Source: Trypanosoma brucei
Lineage: Eukaryota
Assembly: GCA_000002445.1 (NCBI GenBank)
Contig: CP000068.1
Location: 128,001 to 192,000, forward strand
Length of the DNA: 64,000 nucleotides
Direction of reading: 5' to 3'
Part shown: one piece after another, positions 56,509 through 64,000 of the stretch
How the letters are laid out: each line of letters begins with the position of its first letter
How positions within the stretch are numbered: the first letter of the stretch is position 1
The notes under the pieces: model-generated
What the model was told of the DNA's origin: nothing
The model's input: the letters and a program-made list of their open reading frames with translations, nothing else
The model's database searches: none
Position numbers and translations under genes: made by a program

Positions 56509-56981
56509 TATGAACTCGCATGTCCCCGGGTAGGGTCGGAATTCCCCGCCTGTTTCCTCTTCCTTTCGGCGTGTCTTCGCCGAATGCTCTTAACTCCGTG
56601 AATGATTTGTTTGCGCAGCTGTTTGAATCCCTTCTGTCTCTTATTGATCACATGCGGGAACTGAACAGCTGCAATTTGTTGTGCTAATGGTTTCTCAGCG
56701 ACGCGTTTAGTAACGGGCCCTAGTCCCATAGACTCCTCCAGCTTCAGCTGGTCGTCGTGCTTCTGCTGGAACCTCTTGCGTTTTATTTGGCGCGACCCCC
56801 GAAGACCCCGTGGGGTTTTCTTGCCTGTATTTTTACCCTGTGCGTGTGTCACGATGGCAACCCTCAGTCCTCTCCCGAATCCACGGCCCATTGAACCCGG
56901 ATTTCGTGTAGATGAATTAATACGTTCAGGTTCCCTCCAGTCCAAAAAAAAAAACAGTGTCGAGAAAGAGACAAAAGTCAA
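56508..56981 (-). CDS. Possible small, highly basic (Arg/Lys-rich) protein
   Basis: 157-aa ORF. The internal Met MGRGFGRGLRVAIVTHAQGKNTGKK... is followed by a K/R-rich sequence. No family recognised. Shares a boundary nucleotide with the LRR ORF, and both cannot be full length. Confidence 0.25.
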   Translation of the reverse strand: MTFVSFSTLFFFLDWREPERINSSTRNPGSMGRGFGRGLRVAIVTHAQGKNTGKKTPRGLRGSRQIKRKRFQQKHDDQLKLEESMGLGPVTKRVAEKPLAQQIAAVQFPHVINKRQKGFKQLRKQIIHGVKSIRRRHAERKRKQAGNSDPTRGHASS

Positions 56982-59900
56982 TATGCAAACGCAGACGCAA
57001 AAGAAAGTTCAAGCGGACAAATTAGATCGGAACAAAATCTGCTAAAGCGTAATCCATTATAATCATGTGAAAAGGAGTGACCTTTCATCCAAAGGGGAAC
57101 TCTTAGAAATGAAAAAAAATATGTAAATGTTGCTTAAAATGGTGACCACGCGTGGCCGGTGGGCGTATTTCACCCCATTTGGGTGCCGAGATAATATGAT
57201 TCAAATTGCGATAAAGCGAATATGTGCAACTGATACTAGTGGATGTTCGTTGCTGCATCATCAGTGAGCACAGACAGATGCAAAGCGTACCAGACTTATA
57301 ACCCTTTCAAACAAAAAGATATCTCACAGCCGTGGAGAAATAAATAAATACCTCAAACGCAACACAAAATGAAACATAGGTTCATAACGAAAAACTTTTT
57401 TTTAATCCTTGTAAAAGAGCTTATTCATTCTGCAGGTCACAGAAGTAGAAGAAGTGCGGGTAGGGGAATAGGTCGAAACTGACGGCTGTCCCACAGTAGC
57501 TCTCCTGCATTAACAGTGGAGCTGTTGCTCAAATTCAAAAACTATTTGATGGTACAAACGAGCAGGAAGAACGATGAAGAGCCACGGATTCAGCCTATAA
57601 TACCATCTTCTTGCACGTCAAGCGCCTAACACAAAGCTACAGCACGACAACCCATTGAGCAGGATGTGGTCCAGTGCGAAACAAACGGTCGTTGAATTGT
57701 GGCACCAGCGCTTTGAGCTGTAGACAACGGAATTCTTCATCGCAAACACACCTGCAGTGAGAAGGGCAGTAAGAGACAGAGTTGCAGCCAGGTGAAGAGG
57801 GAATCACAACGTTCAAAGAGACAGAGCAGTTAATCCATACCGAATAACTCATCGCCGGTCTCACCGCCTCGCAGTACCGTGCATCAGACAAGACAGTTGA
57901 CAGTTGAAACAAAAAAGGAAGACAGGCACGAGAAACCACTTGACTGCCACCAGTCCGTCATTCCGAACACGTAGAAGGAACGCCGTTGAACTGAAAACGG
58001 CACCAGGTCATTTGATTTAACTTGCAAGCATCCACAGCTCAAGGGTATCAAAGACTTTTCGCGAAGATAACACAGCTCATTCCTTCATCGGGCCCTCCTG
58101 AACAATTGGAACACACAAAAATACCTCCTCAGAAGGGCTTTCAGGAAAACATCAGCACCGAATCAACATGGAAACACAAAAATAATTTCGGGCCATCTAG
58201 TTTAATCTCACGAGTTCGCCCCATTCACGGTGTCATGAGCAACCCTCACGGATTATCAAAAGATTAAAGTGCATATCGAATAAAATCGAGAAACGCTTTA
58301 GATGTAAGGCACCCCTGCTACACATAATAAACACAGTGCGAAAACCTCTCCCGGCCAAATCCCCTCCCTTCGTGTACGTGCCGCACCTCTGGAATACAAA
58401 GAACGATCGCGGCAAATATAAAAAAAACCGCTTCGGAATGCTGTACATAACCATGGACCACACAAACACACAAAAAACACGACAAAAAGCGAACACCCAT
58501 CGGGGCGGAACAGAAATGATCAATCCGGGAAACGCAAACCACCACGAAATGATCCGTAAAGCAAAAAAGAAAAAAATGGCGCTACACGGCAAACCCTCCG
58601 CCACCACTGCCCCTCCGGTAGCACACCACACGCGACCAAACACCCACCATCGTTTCGGCGTGTACCCCGTCAACATGGCTCCACCGCCCAGCACTTCACC
58701 CGGGGGGGACTGGGCAGCTGTATGCATCCAACCCCTTAGTGACCGGGGCTGTCGGTCGGCTGCTGGTTGCTGGAGCAATGGGGGGAAGTGGCAAATTGGC
58801 TCCCCGGTGTGGGAAGTGATATCCTTACGGCCCTCCCCACGCTCTTGCACGTTCCCGTGGGCGCGTAGGGGCAACTTCTGCCATGGGAACGCACCATAGA
58901 TAGCGGTACTCCACTCATCGCTGCATCGTAAGGGACCATCTCACCGAAGTGTCCTTGTATTAAAGGGAGTTTGCTTCCGCATTTTGAGGGAGACACATCC
59001 ACGCGACGAAGAAATGAAATGCAAAATGATACCCGTATTTCCGGAGCACTGGAAGAGCAAACCCCTTCAGGAGTTGATGAGTGTTAAAGCCGGAACAGGG
59101 CGGGATGGCCACAGTGCGGGGTTCTACAAAGGTAAGAAAGCGCGGGAGAGTGAAAATTTGGCCAACAGCCGAAAAGGGGCCGCGGGTAGTACCCGCGTCG
59201 ATACATTTACGAGGGTTAGAGGCAAAAACAAAACTGGAACTCAGCAAATTGCGCCCAGCGAAAGTCGCGCCGCGCGTACATGTGAGTATAAATTGGCGTG
59301 GCTTAGGTTAGTGTCCACGCACCCGGCTACACAGCGGAGGATACTGTGTTGTAAAACGGCGCTTGGAAGAACTCTTGATTAGAAAAAAAAAGCAAAAAAG
59401 GGAGCTCCACGGGAAAATCTCCAGACTGCAAGCGAGCTCCAGCACCAGGCCTAGCCATCCACGGGGAGTGTGGTGTCAAGCTAGATCCCGACATTGAATC
59501 CAACCGGAAGGCACGATTAGAATACGATAGAAACAGGCGTCGACGTGGATGCTGCTCAAATTAGTTCTTACAGCCATCACCACACACTACTCGAATGGAA
59601 TAGAGCCGATTGAGCGGCTTACCAATGAACTTGCGTGCCTTGGCTGGGAAATTCTTTACGAGGATATGTCAAGAAACGTCAGGAGCTTCGAAGAGGGAAT
59701 TACCAGAAGTGAGGGCCTATGAACCCAAATTACTGACCATGGGAGCGCCGGAATTACCAACAGCTAAATTCTGCACAGGAACCGCGCCTGTGGGAGATAT
59801 TGTATGCTGAGAAGGAGTGAAGAGGCTCTGTAGGAAGAAGAGGCACCGCTTACTGGGGTTATATTTCACCACATGGAACACACTGTGACGCCGAAACTGC

Positions 59901-60899
59901 AGAGAAAGGGTGTTTTAATATCAGCCTTGAAGGCACACGAGCCTGTAATAAAGGTGGCATCACTCCTGCAATTTACAGTACGAATACTTTCTACAAGTCG
60001 ATGGAAAGAATGGTTGTCAGGATCCCGAAAGATCAACTGCGTAGCCTACTTCACCCACAACTGCCAAGGACTCATGCCCTCAACTGCAAGGGTTAAAGCA
60101 CGTTTGTTTAGTGTAATAATTGAGGCAGAATAGTCTGCACCTTACCTACTCCTACATATAGAAGAGATTTATGATAAAAGATATAATTAATTAAATGACC
60201 AATCTTAGGGTATCCCGGTAAGCTTTTTCAATGTAGATAAAACTCCCAATATTAAGACAATGAAAGAAACAAAACACTTACGATAAGGAATTGGTGAAAG
60301 CGTTCTCATCCCGCCTCCCGCGCTCCCTATCACAAGTTCCACCCTTTCGCTAAGTCCGATGGAAAAACTGCCCTCCTCCGTGAGATACCATCAGCGAAAT
60401 TCGCTAATGAAACAACATAGTCTCAAAGAGCCTCGATGCCTTCCTCCAGATAAGCATGATCTATTAAACTTACTTCTTGAACCGAAGCATCGGAGTGTGT
60501 GTTACCTTTTTTCGTGACATGCATAACTGTAGTATTATCCACACATACGTGAATATTATTAAGCAGGCTGCCCTGAAAAGCTCTCAATGCCAATGTCACT
60601 GCTCTCGCCTTGGTATGAGAGATACAATGTGGAGGTTGTTCTCACTGGCCTCCTGAAGCCCATACTTTCCCGCTGTCCTTAAAAAGTAAGGCTCCCCAAC
60701 CGTGTATAGAAGCATCGGTAACCGATGTTGCAGAAGTCAGTAATTACCTTGACGGCTTAACGGGTTCTTTTTCGATCAACCCGCTTAGTCACTCCTGCCC
60801 CATGCGGATTGCCTGGAGGGAAAGCCGTGCCATGTCGTTCTGCGCCAAGACACACCTGTTGAGCTCCGACAAGCGCCGTCTTACCATCTTTAAGAAAAA

Positions 60900-61806
60900 A
60901 TAATGTCGGAACAGAGAATCTCCCCGCACCCCCGCCGCATACATCATTCGGGATACTATGCTCTCCAAATTGTCAACAGTAACCCTCTCAGTGGGATAGC
61001 CTCCCTGAGCTTCCGCACCGTTTTTTTGCTCAATGGCACCATCTTTGAACCATGACCAAAGTGGACTCCAATGAAATCATATAGTGCGGTGATGGACTTG
61101 CTTTTCCATGAAGTTGCGCCGCGCTGTAACATGTTTCTTCTAATCACCTTGTTCCATCAGTTTACAACTTCCCGTGGACTGCTAATACGAATATTATCAA
61201 TCCACACATGTACTTTTAGCTACGAAGGCGCTGCATATTCAGCTTTCACTACTGCAGAGTCCCCGGCCAATACACACGGGGCCGTGTGTAAGACTCCCGG
61301 GCCACACTTGTAACCCATAGGAAGTCGGGCAAGTTCCACGAGCTTTCCACCTGCCGTCCGGCATAAGAAACCTGATCGGGTGTCCATCAGCAAGCCCGCT
61401 TTTAAGAAAACGAAGCTTTTAAATCACAAAGCGCTGCACCCTCATCATGGACAGCATCCAGGTAGCGTGGCACGTGTCCCAGAGGAACAATAGCTTCATA
61501 ATCGTCCTGTGCATTCTTAGACTTTGGCCATGTAATGATTCGCCCTCGACAACCCGTTGGCTTCTCTTCCAGCACCGTGAAGGGCACCACCCAACCCGTG
61601 GTAGGGTTGTTGGACACTTTCTGAATTGTACCCTCTCTTTCCACGGTGATAGTATTCTGGTCTGAAATCGTCAATTTTGGCTCGTATTCCCGACCTTCTT
61701 TCCTGGCCGGTCTGCGCATGGTCTCCCAAACATCATTGAAGAGCTGTAAATATTGACTATTCAGTCGTTGCTTGATCCATTTTAGCGATAAAGTCTCCAC
61801 ATTCAT
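60900..61806 (-). pseudogene. Reverse-transcriptase fragment, catalytically degenerate
   Basis: RT motifs read on the minus strand: GWVVPFTVLEEKPTGCRGRIITWPKSKN, LPMGYKCGPGV (resembles F-x-x-LPFGL-x-x-AP) and WIDNI in place of the catalytic Y-I/V-DD, interrupted by in-frame stops. Confidence 0.55.
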
Positions 61807-63039
61807 CTGTTGTTACGGTAACTCCTGTTGCTCAGTATCCGAGGCGACCTTGGTTTGATGGGTGCGTCGGAGAATGTTGTGTCTCTGAAATAAAGGTCCT
61901 GTCCTATTATTTTTATCGTTGGATTCTGAACCTTCCACAGTAACGTGGCCCACTCACCCTCCGTTTCTACATGAGCGCTGTTAGATTTACTGACTTGTTT
62001 AGCACAGCCACCCATGGCCCTAAATACCTAGTGGTGCTCCGACGAAATTCCATGGGGTCCGCGTGTTTTCCCATCTTGGCCAGAATGCGTGAGTCGAGGT
62101 CGTTTTCTATCACCGCTACGGTCGCATGAGGTAGAGACCCTCTTTTTTATAGAATGCATCGTCATTCCGTAAGGTTTCAGAATGTTTTCCATGTCCCTTC
62201 TGCTGATGGTGGTTAGTTTTTCTTCATCCGCCCTCCACCTTACGACTTTCTTCAACTTTTTGGCGTCCTCGCCCGCGATGACGACATTTCACGCTGCTCT
62301 GTGGGGATCTAACTTGGATGTCTTTGGGATGCCCCCCAGTCGACGATTAGTGCCTCCTCGTCCTGAGGATGAGCGACAAAATTTTCCTTTTGCGGCGACG
62401 CAATCTCTCCCCAACGACTGGCAGTGACCCAAGCCAGACGCATGGCCACTCGCTCCCTTTCCTGTTCCATTGTGTCGCTTATCATGTCCAGTTCCCACAT
62501 CTCCATGGGGCAGGCCTGCTTTATTGGTGGTTCTGCCACTTTTCTCTGCAAACCTTTCAAAAGGATTCTTGTTGGTGCCTTTTCCGCTGTCAGCATCACA
62601 AAAGAGTTCTTGTATACTGCACAGCGTTGCTTTTGGCCAGCTGCAAGCTCACAATGAAGACGGGAACATTCCCCTCGCTTGGCTCCACGTTGTGCTTTGC
62701 CACAGACTCGCAGAATCTCCTGAGAATCGACCCCAACTGCTCCCATATTGACTGTGTCCAAATTCTTTTTGCGATGTGATTCGCTTTTGAAGCCCACGCC
62801 ACCATAATCGTATCGTGGGTGGTTTTATAATGATAACTTCCTTTGCCGGTGTTTTCGTAGGGCGCAAAACTGGGGATGCCGTTTCTCTTGCTGGCTCTCT
62901 TCCCTCTGTGTCCTCCTCTACCATGAGACCTTTCCCCGGCAAGTTTTCCGTGGCATTTCTCCATTCGCTATTACCCACTTGTGGGTCCTTGGCCCCGTAA
63001 CCATGGACACGGATTCCAATATTTTCTCGGCCCCGAAGC

Positions 63040-63429
63040 TTACTGTTTCCGGGGCCGACATTCGCTTTTTGGCTTCCACGGAACCTTGGCATCCTTAACG
63101 AAGCATGACGTACTGTAGTGCCACAACTTCCCACATCGGAAGCATCGTATTCTGCTAACTTGGGAAGTCGGTTTTTGAACTTTGGGGTATGCTTGATGGT
63201 ATGGATCCTCGTCCCTCCTTGAGTCATGTACTGCCTTTGCAAACGCTTCCACTCGCACCCCCGAGTGGGCTCTCTCTGTTTGCAAGACTCGAAGATAAGT
63301 GTGAATCGACCTCCCGACTGTTATCCCACCTTCTGAGAGGCCTTCCAATCCTACTGCATTTATCCACGCCGCAAATTGCTCCCAGACGCATTGTAACCCG
63401 TGATCCGATTTTTGTGGTAATGGGAACAA
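63040..63429 (-). pseudogene. Gag-like fragment with CCHC zinc knuckle
   Basis: C-x2-C-x4-H-x4-C (CFRCGKLWHYSTSC) in the 129-aa ORF. Overlapping alternative-frame ORFs (62649-63242, 63224-63574) indicate frameshift decay. Confidence 0.55.
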
Positions 63430-64000
63430 TTCTTTGTACGCAGTTAAAAAACTGTTCCGGTGATGTCTCTGTCATGTATTCGATTTCCCCTTCAAACGTC
63501 CGCATATTTTCTTCAGGGCGAAAACCCTTGTCCACAAAGTTATTTTTTAACCGCTGAATGCCTCTGATTCCCACCTTGGGGTTCCTTACATATTTACCGC
63601 TTGATTTCTGAGTAAACTGTGATTTGTATGACTCAAAAGTGAACTTTATTTCTATTCTACCTTTTCCTTTCGATCTGATTCATTCTTCACTCTCTCTCTT
63701 GTTCGACAACTGGATCCGTTTTATGTGTGGCGTCCGTATTTGCTAATATATTTCAGTGGTGTAATCCAGCTGTTATCGATTCAATGACAGCTTCCAACCC
63801 ATTGATATGGAAGAGCACCTGTTCCATTTCCCCTCTCAAAGCACAATTTTCTTGCATGAACCTTTCAACTTGCCCATTCAGTTCCATCGACTGGTTTTGC
63901 ATTCTCCAGTGCTCATCATTCATCTGTGCTCTTGTCATTTCGTACTGTTGGTATAAATTAGACTTATTTGCCTCTAGTGCTAGACATTCGTTACGAAACA

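Larger units (their letters stand above)
60100..63700 (-). mobile_element. Degenerate LTR/DIRS-type retrotransposon remnant (VIPER-like), gag-PR?-RT order on minus strand
   Basis: Minus-strand frame fragments: Gag-like CCHC zinc knuckle CFRCGKLWHYSTSC (63040-63429), a possible retropepsin-like DWGAS (~62330), and an RT (see the two pseudogene entries). Multiple frameshifts and stops; boundaries approximate. Confidence 0.6.

Noticed and set aside
58233-58899. Nearly coextensive ORFs on both strands (213 aa minus, 187 aa plus)
   Set aside because: Mutually overlapping ORFs in a GC-rich block with no recognisable domain or sensible composition on either strand. Treated as non-coding (see the finding covering 57-60.1 kb).
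1-64000. CRISPR arrays, operon-style prokaryotic features, rRNA genes
   Set aside because: No short regularly spaced direct repeats with unique spacers. Gene structure and content are eukaryotic and kinetoplastid. No rRNA-like conserved stretches recognised.

Overview
This window reads as a kinetoplastid nuclear chromosome segment, most consistent with an African trypanosome (Trypanosoma brucei group). It holds about twenty intron-less protein genes, all on the minus strand, forming one long directional (polycistronic-type) cluster from about 56.9 kb down to 1.3 kb. Intergenic regions are AT-rich and low-complexity. Tracts that are purine-rich on the + strand (pyrimidine-rich on the coding strand, typical trans-splicing signals) sit upstream of genes. 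One tRNA-Arg gene is embedded in the cluster.

Gene content, from 3' to 5' of the cluster:
- Three tandem paralogs of a type I membrane surface glycoprotein of the ISG (invariant surface glycoprotein)-like family. They show a clear gene-conversion mosaic and three different cytoplasmic tails.
- A transmembrane trans-sialidase-like gene. It is flanked by a 216-bp direct repeat that is also the upstream region of the ISG-like genes. It lacks the FRIP arginine, so it is probably non-catalytic.
- tRNA-Arg(ACG).
- Complex I 51-kDa flavoprotein (NDUFV1).
- A small twin-Cx9C (CHCH) protein inside what looks like an empty 4.5-kb spacer.
- A major facilitator superfamily (MFS) transporter.
- A RING-finger protein.
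- A Trm11-like DPPY methyltransferase.
- A 1406-aa protein with a transglutaminase-like core.
- A stomatin-like SPFH protein.
- V-ATPase subunit d, carrying a low-complexity insertion.
- A 2127-aa hypothetical protein.
- A prefoldin beta subunit.
- A leucine-rich-repeat (LRR) protein.

The 5' end of the window (57–64 kb) differs in composition. It contains a degenerate LTR/DIRS-type (VIPER-like) retroelement remnant on the minus strand, with a Gag CCHC zinc knuckle and a reverse transcriptase whose YxDD motif has decayed to WIDN. There are also GC-rich segments without credible ORFs.

All functional calls come from motif recognition by eye and recalled family knowledge. No database search was run.
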